From the NCBI GenBank assembly GCA_003345595.1, contig PRDI01000049.1, positions 1 through 64,000 of the forward strand: DNA of 64,000 nucleotides, given 5' to 3'. Origin of the DNA: Candidatus Thorarchaeota archaeon. GTDB lineage: Archaea > Asgardarchaeota > Thorarchaeia > Thorarchaeales > Thorarchaeaceae. This document shows, piece by piece, positions 27,130-37,179 of this stretch. Below the pieces are notes generated by a model. The model saw only the letters and a list, made by a program, of their open reading frames with translations. It was not told the origin of the DNA and ran no database searches. Every line of letters starts with the position of its first letter. Position 1 is the first letter of the stretch. The position numbers and the translations under genes are program-made.

Positions 27130-30100
27130 TCATTTTCCCTCACTTCCTATGACTGCCTGCGCTTCCTCAAATTCGTAGGCCACAAGGTTTGGAGGTTTCG
27201 CAGCATCTTCGTTCAGATATTCAGCGGCCGTCAACACGCACACGGTCTGCGTGGACTTGCAGATATTACAGCCAGTACCACCGACAGACTGCAGAAGTGA
27301 ATTGAGTTCTTGCTGGCTTGGAAAGACAATGTACGATTTCCTGTCGGCACAAAGGTTATAGTGACCGTGGTTTCGCAGGACCCGGTCACTTGATTTAACA
27401 AGCTCTGCTTCAAGAGCCGCCACGGCCTTCTCCCTCAGGTCAACAATCTTCGAACAGCTGACGACCCAAAGCCCCTCCTCGAAACCTTGAAACATCTGTT
27501 TGTCCTTCACTCTCAATACAACCAGCCTCTCATCGACCAGTAGGCCAGTCACTGCCCGTCTTCCTTCTTCCTCACTCATCGGAATCGATCTGCTTCTGAC
27601 AGACTGGGCTGCCGTCGTTTGGATGAAATCCAATAGTGTATTCCACCGGATTTTGCCTCCCGACAATTCCACAAAGTCTTGGATTGTTCCGAACCACAGA
27701 CGTGTCTGAACTGCTGAAACCGAAGACGGAATCTGCTTATGCATCACGCTTCTCAGATGTCCATCGATAGGCCTGTCGGTCACGTCAGCAGTAATGTTCT
27801 CTCTTCGTCCACTATCATGTTTCTTGCCTCTTTTTAGCTGGGTTTCCACCATGCTGTCAAGAGAACTTGGGAATGCTGACACAACGGTGACGCAATCGAA
27901 GTCTTCACTACTATCCATGAGTTCTCTCAAACGCGCGGCGGCAACGCTTCCTCTTACAACAATGTAGAGCTCAGCAGTCCCATTTCCCAAGTAACTCATG
28001 CGATGTCGAATCCAGTCAAGCGTGCCCTCTATTGACGAAGCTTTCAAATGCTCAGGTACTATGATTACTGCCTTGTCGTCTATTACAATATCTGGTTCGT
28101 CACTAGATGTCCTTTTAGAAGTGGGCGTATTCTCAAGTGCTTTCATTATGTACTGGAAGATGGCCTCCTTTGCAGCCTCAGATCCTCCTCCTGGCAGTGT
28201 GAACAAGAAGCCTCCAGAAACCAACGGCAGCGATTCCCGTTCGATCGTTCCTAGGCAAATGAGATCGTGGATCAACTCCGCCGTGTCTTCGCTTGTGATT
28301 CGCGGGTCTAGTGTCATTAGAAAATGCTGTAATTCATCATTCGTAGCAGCTTTCTGTGATGCAAGAAACGCAACCACTCTATTTGCCAATTCACCGAGCC
28401 TATCAAACACTAAGCACTGATGTGCATTTTTCTCAGAAACACTTGAGTCCGTTTCAGCGTCTTCTGACGCACATGCGGGCAGTAACGGATGTTTCTCCAC
28501 ATGACTGTGTTCATCATCCATGCTGTCCAGAACCGAAGCGGTGCCGTCTGAAGCTTGATCTTCTTGTGATAAGCGAGACTGCGATGTCACATCGAACCGG
28601 GCTGTGGCAATCTCAAAGGTTTCCGTCTGAGGCGTGACAATAAGTGCTCTCCCAACCTTCAGGGTTCTAAGATAGCGCTCCTGCTCCTCGGTGAGGGACA
28701 TGAACCTGCCCCCAACCGAGCTGTCGTATGGCAGTCGGAAAGTGATCTTCGTTGATGTGTTCGCCAGAATGTTGGAGGAAACGTTAGGTCTGGTTGAAAC
28801 CACGATGACACCTTGTCCGGTCGCTCGCTGTAACATGACCATAGATTCACCAGTGGTGACGTCCGCAGCGGACTGCCGCGTGTAGCTCTCGGGCACAAGG
28901 TTGCTTGCCTCTTCTAGAACGACAACGTGCTCCAGTTCGGGGGTGATACCACGGCGCATCGCACCATCAAAGATGCGCTTCGCAACGAGATTGTAAAGCA
29001 ACCGTGCTGCATCCATCCCACCAACCCTTGCGACATATCGTAGGTCGAATATGACTCGCCTGTCAAGCAGAGATGATATCTTGACAGCATTAGCTCCTCC
29101 ACTGAGTATCGGTCCAAGCGGTTCACGCGACAGTATCTCAAGGCGATTTACTAATGCATCTCTTGTCAGACTTCCAGTCCGATCCTTGCCCGAGAGTTCA
29201 TTGACCGCATCAACCAGCGCGTCCACCGAGCTACCGCGCCTGTTCTCACTAGCAACCTTAAGAACAGACTCCCTTAGCAGCTTCTCCATCGCAGGGGACA
29301 GCTCAGTTGATGTTCCCATCTCCTTAAGCAGTTCTCTGAGGATGGCGAATGTTGTGTATGCATGTCTTTCACCTGTGTCCACTTCTGGGTCCATCATGTC
29401 CATCACAAAAGAGGGATCTAATCCCGGGCGCAGAATCATGACCTGATCGTCAATATCCACAAGGTCGCTATACTCTGACCCCTTCACATCAAAAATCCAC
29501 CATGGCACAACAGTTTTGAGAGTTAGTTCCGCCATCAGGTGTTTCACCAGAGTTGTCTTTCCTGTTCCAGTGGCTCCCATGACAGCAAGATGCTCTCTTA
29601 GCCACTCCTTTCTCAAACCCACTCTGTTAAGTTGTCGTCCTCCGTAGACGGTCCACCCAATGAACAGTTCATTATCGACCAGCTCTCTTGCCGGGACCGG
29701 GAAGCTAGGTGCCTGTATTGCAGAAACAACTGGCACAATTTGCACTGGAGTGTTGACGAACGCGGCAAGTCTGCCTACATGCAGCTTCTGGGGCCTAAGA
29801 TGCCGTCTTGTAAGCAGCTTCCAAGCCACACCTGTGCCGACTCTCATGTCCCTTACTAGGACATGACTATCCCCACCCCAGATGGATATAGCAAGTCCCA
29901 TCACGCCCTCTTGAGTCATCTTCAGCTGAGGTGCGCTTGCGGCGCTTACAACAACATACACAGTTGAATTGAACCAGCCTTCACTACCCTGCACTTCTTC
30001 GTACTGATCCAAGAGCGTCTTCTTAGCGGCTTGATCGACCAAGGAGTCCTCTCGCTTGCGTTCTCTCTCGCGGATTGATTTCCATTGCCCCTCCATTTTT

Positions 30101-30948
30101 CTTCTTTCTCTGCCAGGCTTGGCACTGGAGAAGACACAGGTCAAGCTCAAGGAAAACCCCTGCTTAAGCGCGGTGGACAGGAAAGTGCCAACCTGTGATG
30201 ACGAAGGCGAAGGTGCTACTCTGGGAGCACCAGTGAATACCACTAGCGATTTCCGGAGGTCGGCCTTTCTGTGTAATCTATTCTCAAGTGTGCACTTCTC
30301 GACAACGAATCCAGCCGCTTCTTCCAGAGCATCGCCTTTCAATTGATGTAGTTCAAGATTAACTAGAGACGCAAGAAGGATTGCCTCTGTTCTTGTCGCC
30401 TCTCTCCTCAAGACTTGCATCATTTCCTCCAAATGATGACCACTTGTGCTAATGAAGAACCTCAGAAACGGCTCGCCCTTAGCTAGTCCCGCCTCATATG
30501 CCATCGTGACTCCGTGGTCCATGCCTGCGCGCAGCGCCAATAGCATCGCTGTGTTGTACTTGGGTTTACCGTCGGGCCCACACTCCACCGATCCTGATGC
30601 AGATGTGATTTCAAGGCAGCACATTGCAATCAAGCGGTTTCCTAGACCGACCACAAGAAACTCATCTTGCACCGAGGATGATATGCCTCCAACAAGGATT
30701 CCCAGACATGCCAAGACTGCTCCTGCAGAGATTGGCACTCCACAGACCAGAATCTCTACCAGAAGTTTCGACGGAACAGCGGGCTGTTCGATTAAACCAG
30801 CTAGTGGAAGCATATAGACCACGGTCAGGTACAGGGCACATACCACTGCTCCAAACGCATAGGCTGCTCTGATCCAGTGCCCACAATTCAACATGATTCT
30901 ATCAGGAATGGTTCTCCTCTTGTTTCTGGGTGTGCTAGTGCTCATCAT
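27130..30948 (-). CDS. Large membrane-anchored HerA/VirB4/FtsK-superfamily ATPase with a long C-terminal extension
   Basis: Two N-terminal TM segments, HLAVMGATGTGKTT, IFDVKGSEY, VVLEEA, STRP and ILANT. Confidence 0.85.
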   Translation of the reverse strand: MMSTSTPRNKRRTIPDRIMLNCGHWIRAAYAFGAVVCALYLTVVYMLPLAGLIEQPAVPSKLLVEILVCGVPISAGAVLACLGILVGGISSSVQDEFLVVGLGNRLIAMCCLEITSASGSVECGPDGKPKYNTAMLLALRAGMDHGVTMAYEAGLAKGEPFLRFFISTSGHHLEEMMQVLRREATRTEAILLASLVNLELHQLKGDALEEAAGFVVEKCTLENRLHRKADLRKSLVVFTGAPRVAPSPSSSQVGTFLSTALKQGFSLSLTCVFSSAKPGRERRKMEGQWKSIRERERKREDSLVDQAAKKTLLDQYEEVQGSEGWFNSTVYVVVSAASAPQLKMTQEGVMGLAISIWGGDSHVLVRDMRVGTGVAWKLLTRRHLRPQKLHVGRLAAFVNTPVQIVPVVSAIQAPSFPVPARELVDNELFIGWTVYGGRQLNRVGLRKEWLREHLAVMGATGTGKTTLVKHLMAELTLKTVVPWWIFDVKGSEYSDLVDIDDQVMILRPGLDPSFVMDMMDPEVDTGERHAYTTFAILRELLKEMGTSTELSPAMEKLLRESVLKVASENRRGSSVDALVDAVNELSGKDRTGSLTRDALVNRLEILSREPLGPILSGGANAVKISSLLDRRVIFDLRYVARVGGMDAARLLYNLVAKRIFDGAMRRGITPELEHVVVLEEASNLVPESYTRQSAADVTTGESMVMLQRATGQGVIVVSTRPNVSSNILANTSTKITFRLPYDSSVGGRFMSLTEEQERYLRTLKVGRALIVTPQTETFEIATARFDVTSQSRLSQEDQASDGTASVLDSMDDEHSHVEKHPLLPACASEDAETDSSVSEKNAHQCLVFDRLGELANRVVAFLASQKAATNDELQHFLMTLDPRITSEDTAELIHDLICLGTIERESLPLVSGGFLFTLPGGGSEAAKEAIFQYIMKALENTPTSKRTSSDEPDIVIDDKAVIIVPEHLKASSIEGTLDWIRHRMSYLGNGTAELYIVVRGSVAAARLRELMDSSEDFDCVTVVSAFPSSLDSMVETQLKRGKKHDSGRRENITADVTDRPIDGHLRSVMHKQIPSSVSAVQTRLWFGTIQDFVELSGGKIRWNTLLDFIQTTAAQSVRSRSIPMSEEEGRRAVTGLLVDERLVVLRVKDKQMFQGFEEGLWVVSCSKIVDLREKAVAALEAELVKSSDRVLRNHGHYNLCADRKSYIVFPSQQELNSLLQSVGGTGCNICKSTQTVCVLTAAEYLNEDAAKPPNLVAYEFEEAQAVIGSEGK

Positions 30949-31321
30949 AGACAGACTTCACGACCGCGCCGCACTGGCGAATCATCACTAATCTAGGAAT
31001 CCCAATTCCAAGCACCTTGTGTCAGTGTCTGTGATTTGAACTCCCCCGCGACTTTCGTAGTGTCGGACATTGGTGTTCCGTTTCGAGCGTCGTAACTGAT
31101 TGGAGTGACTGTTACATTGGTCACGTGAACAGAGCGAAGGTGTTCATTTGCGGTGGTTCTAGGAGGTTAAAAGACACGCTCCAGTAACGAAAAAGCAGTG
31201 GATTGGATGAGAAATAGAGCCGTTTCCGAACAGGACATTGCCAGTTCAAGCGGCGGGCCATTGATGTCAATCCGATATGTCAAAGGCAAGCCCCTGACTA
31301 AATCTGGACCACGGGGGCAAG

Positions 31322-33313
31322 ATGACGGATTCTCCTGAGGCATGTTCAATGAGGAATGTGCCTGTTCTTATTGGAGCCGCAATTGCCCTGATGCTCTTTA
31401 TGTTTGCGGCTTGCACAGAAACAGTATCTGCAGAAGAAACGCCTATCTGTCGGGGCAGTGTCGCAACTATCACTATTACCTTGCTCCAGAACGGCACATA
31501 TGGAAACCCGGTTTCTAATCAGCCTGTGGAGTTCTTCGATCAGACCCTTGATGTGTTCTTGGGCTTGGTCCTGACTGATGTGGACGGCCGCGCTCAGTTC
31601 GAATGGTCCCTACCAGCAGACCATCCCCTTGGGCCGACCGTGATCAATGCCACCTACCGTGGCAACGAAACTCTGGCACTCGCTCCGTCTTTCCAATGGA
31701 CATCACTTACTGTACTCTCCTCCACGAGAATGGATATTCAAGTTGAACGAAGCACTGTGTTTCCCGGGGAAGTAGTACCATTCACAGTCCTGCTCTTGAA
31801 CGACATGAATCTTCCACTGCCGTACGCACAACTCACTGTGTTTTGTAACAGCGTGCCAATCACATCGAGGGCTACAAACTCATCTGGCTGGGCCCGGTTC
31901 ACTGTTCAGTGCAATGACTCATGGGCTCGTTTGGGAGAGAATGAAATCCGGGTTGCCTATGAACAAAACCTAGTAGTCTTCAATGAGGCGGTAGCAGAGT
32001 CATTCATGGTAACGGTCGAGCAAGTTTCCACAAGTGTCGAAGTGACAAAACCTCCTCTGGGGTCGTACGGACTGAACGACACTCTACGTACAGACTTGTT
32101 TCTGAGAGCCGACGATGGAGCACTGCCCGGGGCCAGACTTCAAGTTGCTTTGGACGGCGTTTCTCTTGCTGCTGTCTTGACTGATGACTCTGGTGTGGCA
32201 CATCTATGTCTAGTAATAGACGGCATATTCACTCTAGGCCCTCATAGGTTAACTTTCGAGTATCCGGGGAATTCTCGATATGCATCATGTTCACATGATA
32301 TTTCCATTAGCGTCCTAAGCAGTGCAAACATTCGAATCATTCTTCAAGGACCCGTCATTGTCAACACAGACAGCAACATCACTATTGAGATCAGGGATCT
32401 GTTCCACCGTCCGATACAGAATGCTACCATCATTCTGCGTGACCTAGTTAGCAATGAAACATTCGCCGGTGCAGTCCCTATTGGCACGACCTCTGTGAGT
32501 TTCAGTTTCCATATTGTAGGAAGAACCGGAGCCAGAAGCTTCCTCATCAGCATTGTTGGGAACGAGTATGTCACGAACAGGACCAGTGCATTCAGCACTC
32601 TTGTCTGGTCTCGTCCTGACTTAATACTGGTCAGAAGCAACATCAGAGGGTATGCTTCCCCCAGTCAGCAGATAATGCTCGAAGTCAGGCTGTACGACTC
32701 CCAGATGGCCTATACTGACACACTTGTGGAATCCTGGATTGACAATACGACAGCTGTTTCCCATTCATTCACGAATAGCTCTGGCTTCGCGATTGTTGAA
32801 CTCAAAGCGCCACAGGATGAAGGTCTGGTCGATACATGGATTGTCTACAGCGGCAATCTGACTGTTTTTAGAATGTCTAATACCTTACACTACACTTTCA
32901 CTGTCAGCAGGATAGTCCCGCTGGCGATTGAACTGCACCACTACACAGTAATCATGCCCCTGCTACAGCTCGAGGTTGTCTTGATGGCCTGCGCTCTCAA
33001 TGGATCCTTGCTAGAGGGGGTGACAATAAACTATGAATGGCTCTCCATTCGAGGAAGCACAGAGAGTACGCATGATGGCTTGTCCCAACTGTACCTGCCA
33101 GTACCCGGGTTTCCGGGTTCGTTCATTCTCTCTTATTGGACCGAATCCTCCTCGTACACACTCTCATGTAGTGGGCACTTCGTCATCAATCTAAATGGAA
33201 GTGAAGTTGCAGCAGCTCAAGGTGTCGGCATCACTGGCATGGCAGCAAGCATATGTGTTTCTCTAACATTGGCCGCAATACCAATCATCAGAAAGAGGTA
33301 CCTACTGGACTAG
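31322..33313 (+). CDS. Secreted/surface protein with Ig-like beta repeats and a C-terminal TM anchor
   Basis: Signal-like N-terminus; repeated TDxxGxA motifs; many N-x-S/T sequons; C-terminal hydrophobic helix followed by RKR. Confidence 0.8.
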   Translation: MTDSPEACSMRNVPVLIGAAIALMLFMFAACTETVSAEETPICRGSVATITITLLQNGTYGNPVSNQPVEFFDQTLDVFLGLVLTDVDGRAQFEWSLPADHPLGPTVINATYRGNETLALAPSFQWTSLTVLSSTRMDIQVERSTVFPGEVVPFTVLLLNDMNLPLPYAQLTVFCNSVPITSRATNSSGWARFTVQCNDSWARLGENEIRVAYEQNLVVFNEAVAESFMVTVEQVSTSVEVTKPPLGSYGLNDTLRTDLFLRADDGALPGARLQVALDGVSLAAVLTDDSGVAHLCLVIDGIFTLGPHRLTFEYPGNSRYASCSHDISISVLSSANIRIILQGPVIVNTDSNITIEIRDLFHRPIQNATIILRDLVSNETFAGAVPIGTTSVSFSFHIVGRTGARSFLISIVGNEYVTNRTSAFSTLVWSRPDLILVRSNIRGYASPSQQIMLEVRLYDSQMAYTDTLVESWIDNTTAVSHSFTNSSGFAIVELKAPQDEGLVDTWIVYSGNLTVFRMSNTLHYTFTVSRIVPLAIELHHYTVIMPLLQLEVVLMACALNGSLLEGVTINYEWLSIRGSTESTHDGLSQLYLPVPGFPGSFILSYWTESSSYTLSCSGHFVINLNGSEVAAAQGVGITGMAASICVSLTLAAIPIIRKRYLLD

Positions 33314-33321
33314 AATCCCAA

Positions 33322-33431
33322 TGGTGCTCCGGCCGGGATTTGAACCCGGGTCTGGGGATCGAGAGTCCCCAATGCTGGGCCGGACTACACTCGGCCGCAC
33401 AACGAATCTCACTCGGTGCGACTACCGGAGC
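33322..33431 (-). tRNA. tRNA-Glu(CTC) with a 32-nt intron at position 10/11 (33390-33421); CCA encoded
   Basis: Spliced sequence GCTCCGGTAG|TGTAGTCCGGCCCAGCATTGGGGACTCTCGATCCCCAGACCCGGGTTCAAATCCCGGCCGGAGCACCA folds as a cloverleaf. Confidence 0.92.
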
Positions 33432-33691
33432 TTGGGCTGTGCCAGCCCGGAGCGGGCATTCACCCTCTACGCAGCAAATAAGGCTTTCTCTGTAAAGTCA
33501 CGATATTTCCAATCTGAATCGGATGTTGGCCTGGAACTCTGGTCTGTCACTCTGCGAATCATCGATAGCATTGGTGTCGGAGCACTGCCCACATCTCCAA
33601 TGCGTTTCACCCTAGCTTGTTTACTTTCCAAGAAAACCGATTGTATTCAAACATTCAAGCTGTTTCGACCTGCTTACTGCAACTGGGCGGA

Positions 33692-33898
33692 CTATGGACC
33701 GAATAGCTGGGTGAGACTACTCCAGCTGTCTTGGAGTAGCTGAAGCAGACTGTTCACAACACCTTGTGCCCATCCTGTTGCTTCAAGGATGACTGCTATT
33801 ATGATGGATACTGTGACCACAGCTAGACCAAGAAGCAGGCTCTCCTCTACCAAGGGTCCTCCAATCTCATTGTCTTTCAGCTTAGTCTGCTTCGTCAT
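33692..33898 (-). CDS. Flp/type IV pilin-like small protein
   Basis: MTKQTKLKDNEIG|GPLVEESLLLGLAVV: charged leader, Gly at -1, Glu at +5, then a hydrophobic helix; downstream of a TadA/VirB11 ATPase. Confidence 0.65.
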   Translation of the reverse strand: MTKQTKLKDNEIGGPLVEESLLLGLAVVTVSIIIAVILEATGWAQGVVNSLLQLLQDSWSSLTQLFGP

Positions 33899-34059
33899 TT
33901 CATGAACCTGTCCAAGGGTTCTCTTCGAGGCTATATTAAGTCCCCATGTTCTTGACGCGGTAATAGCACATCTCTCAGCAGAGCTCAACATACTCTATCA
34001 GGACGTCCAGCACGCCAAAGACTGGCCAACCGTGTGCAAGAACGACATTCGATGCTCTC

Positions 34060-35820
34060 TTAGCCCCGATACAGAAACGGATGACCATTCTTCCATAGCC
34101 TCTCCCCCATGAACATGGTAATGTCCATTTCAGACCCGCCAATCTCGTTTTCAAGTTCATGAAGTAGCCTCTCGTAGGCGGGCACATGACTTTGAATCCC
34201 TTGTTCCCGGGAATGAAGCATGAATGCTCCATCCTCAGCCCACTTCGGGATTCCAGACTTAGCCGGCTGATTCGATAAGACTACGTTCAGCCCGGCGAAT
34301 CTCAGCAGGCCATCGACAACCTGTCTTCTCACTTCAACAACCTCTTTGACTCGTCGTGTGGCATTTCCAGGTGTGGGCCGCTCCATAGTGATTATGAGGT
34401 CTATGAGTGCGACACTCGATTTATCAATGCCATGATCTGATGTCCAGCGAGAAATGAGACTCGATGCAGAATCACTGTGACAGGTCTGTATTGTATGAAG
34501 ACCCGCCGCAATTGCCTGAAACAAAGCACGGCTGTGTTCTGCTGTCTGAATCTCTCCAAGAATCAGATAATCAGGTGACCTGTGAAGGCTTTTTACGATC
34601 TCCTTGCTCTTGTCGAATCCGGGCTCGTTCTCGTCAACTGGATCGACCCTGATTCTTACTTGGTGACACCCTTTGATAGACCTACTTTCGACGGCATCTT
34701 CGATGTAGACTCTTCTCCAGCTTCGCGGCGTAGTCATATCAAGAGCATTCAGCAGAGTAGTCTTCCCGGATCCCGGACCACCTGTTATCGTAATGTTGAA
34801 CCTAGCAGACACGGCAAGCAACAGTATCGCCGCAGCCTCCATACTGAGCGTGCCATTGCGAACCAAGTCCGTTATCGAATATGGGCTCCTACGGGCCCTA
34901 CGCATCTCAAGATGTAGTCCGTCTGGGCTCAAGGGTGGCAGGCTCAGAGAGAATCTCAGAACTGCATCACAGACCAACATCTCTGTCTTGAGCGATGGGT
35001 TTCTCCGATCGAGATGGAAATTGCTCTCGGCCCTCACGAGCGTGACGATACGATCAACATCATGCTCATTGACGGTCGTTGTTGAACAACACCTTCCGAA
35101 ACGTCGATGGTCAAAGTAAATCTGACTCTCGGGCCGGTCTAGGTAAACCTCCTCGACTTCGTCATCGAGCAGAATTGGAAGGAAGCATCTGAGGGCTGTT
35201 GATCGATGTGCTACGATTTCTGCGATTCTAGTCCTAGTGATAATGCCTACCTCTGGCAGTGAGTGCGAGATCTTCGCTGCAACAGATTCAGAGATTCGCC
35301 TGAGTCTTATGTTGATGTTTTCTCTGGACAAATGCGGTGCATCATCGAACAGACTCCTGTCGGCACTCAATTCATTCAGCAATGCCATCTCTAGACGAGT
35401 CTTAACTAGCGGGACCGTTTCAAGAAGCAGACCTGAACTGGAGCCATCTTCACGGAAGACTGACAGGTAAGGCCCAACAAGATATGCTTCAGATAACAGA
35501 TGAACCGTGTCAAAGAAACGCTGGTCCTCAACGTAGACCGATTCCCAACCCTCCGCATGCCATGGCGGTCCGTTGAGCGGTTTTCCATCATGTCTTCCAA
35601 GATGAATCAGGCCCTTCCCAGGTTCGACTACTAGAATCTTAGTCTTTTGCCCGTCATCAGAACTCGTCAAGGCTAACCGTTTACATGGCCCCTGCTCTGC
35701 ATATTCACACTCTGTGCACCCTGTCTTGGGGCATAGGATAACATTGACCAAGTGTTCTATCACACCAATCGGACTCCACAGCATCAGATGCGGGCCGGAT
35801 TCACAAGCCAGAAGCTGCAA
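34060..35820 (-). CDS. Type II/IV secretion ATPase (CpaF/TadA/VirB11 family)
   Basis: Walker A GGPGSGKTT, Asp box YIED, RSPDYLILGEI, His box QTCHS; Cys-rich N-terminus. Confidence 0.9.
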   Translation of the reverse strand: MQLLACESGPHLMLWSPIGVIEHLVNVILCPKTGCTECEYAEQGPCKRLALTSSDDGQKTKILVVEPGKGLIHLGRHDGKPLNGPPWHAEGWESVYVEDQRFFDTVHLLSEAYLVGPYLSVFREDGSSSGLLLETVPLVKTRLEMALLNELSADRSLFDDAPHLSRENINIRLRRISESVAAKISHSLPEVGIITRTRIAEIVAHRSTALRCFLPILLDDEVEEVYLDRPESQIYFDHRRFGRCCSTTTVNEHDVDRIVTLVRAESNFHLDRRNPSLKTEMLVCDAVLRFSLSLPPLSPDGLHLEMRRARRSPYSITDLVRNGTLSMEAAAILLLAVSARFNITITGGPGSGKTTLLNALDMTTPRSWRRVYIEDAVESRSIKGCHQVRIRVDPVDENEPGFDKSKEIVKSLHRSPDYLILGEIQTAEHSRALFQAIAAGLHTIQTCHSDSASSLISRWTSDHGIDKSSVALIDLIITMERPTPGNATRRVKEVVEVRRQVVDGLLRFAGLNVVLSNQPAKSGIPKWAEDGAFMLHSREQGIQSHVPAYERLLHELENEIGGSEMDITMFMGERLWKNGHPFLYRG

Positions 35821-35953
35821 ACCGGAACCGTTTGTTCCATCAGACGGCAGCTACAAACTAAGATGCCGGTTTCACCGATTTAAGGCCCCTCAGATGACAA
35901 TTCGAAATGGCTCCTCCGTAGGTGACACCGGTCTTCGTATCATGAAGCACGTT

Positions 35954-37012
35954 TCAAGCAGCCAATTCTGGGACCCTCATGGTGCATTCATCCAAGGTTT
36001 TCTTTATCATCCCGTAGTGGTCACGGATGCTATACTCTGCTACTTCTGTCGCCTTGGAAGCCAGTTTCTGAGTCAATACAGAATGTCTTCCATACTCAAT
36101 AGCTACCATCCGGTCACTAGCATAAGCAACCGAAACAACAAATATGAACGGATTTCGACCACCTCTCCTTGAGGCCGGTATGAAGTCGAGGACTACGAGC
36201 ATTTTGTTTCTCATGGCATTCTCATATTCCTTCGAATCCCACCCCCTCAACTTTGCTTTCCCAACAACCTGCGGGCTATTCATGAGCATCGACAACACCC
36301 TAGGGATGTAATCTTCAGGCTGTCTCAAATCTGGTGCATGACCTGTCACAGACTTGAGCCGCATCGCTTCTCGAACCATTGCACGCACATTCACTCTGTG
36401 TCCGCACTTCTCAAAGACATCAGCTATTTCCTCCAGAGTTATCGGAGCTTCGTCCTTGAACTCACGTACTGCCATCAGCAGACATACGGCCATTAGGAGA
36501 ATGTTGTTGGTGACCCTCTCTTTTGCGTCCGAGATGACTTTCTTGTAGAGATACGCAGTTCGATCGCGTACCTGCTCGTTCAACATCAGTAGCTTCGAAA
36601 CGTGATTGAGTGTTCTGAGTGCTCTGTACTTTGCTTCACTCCTCCCGATTCTTATACGTGCACTATACACAGTCTTCAGTCGTTTGAATCTCTTCTGTGC
36701 ATGGCCGGACAATGCTTGGCCATGAGCATCTCGGAAATACGTGTCCTTGTGAAAACCCATGTAGCTTCCAAGCCCGTCCACAATATGCATTCTGTTTCCC
36801 AATGAAACATACATGGCTGCATCAGGAGTTTCACCATGTTGTTCCTCCCCCATCTGGTAAGTTGGATGTACGTACTCCCTAGAAACCACAAGCCCACATT
36901 CGGCGCATACTATGTGCCCTTGACTGGTCACCAGTTGCCCCGAACAGTCCGGACAGGACCATGAAGAGGTTACGAGCTGTTCACCTGTTTCATCAACCAA
37001 TGGCTGTACCAC
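35954..37012 (-). CDS. Transcription initiation factor TFB/TFIIB paralog (divergent)
   Basis: Zn ribbon CPDC...VCAECGLV, cyclin-like repeats (PITLEEIA) and C-terminal VAEYSIRDHY resembling the BRE-binding HTH. Confidence 0.82.
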   Translation of the reverse strand: MVQPLVDETGEQLVTSSWSCPDCSGQLVTSQGHIVCAECGLVVSREYVHPTYQMGEEQHGETPDAAMYVSLGNRMHIVDGLGSYMGFHKDTYFRDAHGQALSGHAQKRFKRLKTVYSARIRIGRSEAKYRALRTLNHVSKLLMLNEQVRDRTAYLYKKVISDAKERVTNNILLMAVCLLMAVREFKDEAPITLEEIADVFEKCGHRVNVRAMVREAMRLKSVTGHAPDLRQPEDYIPRVLSMLMNSPQVVGKAKLRGWDSKEYENAMRNKMLVVLDFIPASRRGGRNPFIFVVSVAYASDRMVAIEYGRHSVLTQKLASKATEVAEYSIRDHYGMIKKTLDECTMRVPELAA

Positions 37013-37179
37013 AAGACATACCCATCATTCGAATCCATAATTGGATTCCAGGCACCCCTGTTCTCTTTACAAGACACGTATGTCTGCTCCATCGAACACG
37101 CATGGCTACTAGACAGTCATTTTCACCCTACCCAGAAAGAGGGATTTCCGAAACTACTGTGTCCTCCGATGGGTGCTCT

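Noticed and set aside
33321-33743. 140-aa ORF, and similar short ORFs at 52615-52826
   Set aside because: They overlap tRNA genes and are spurious.
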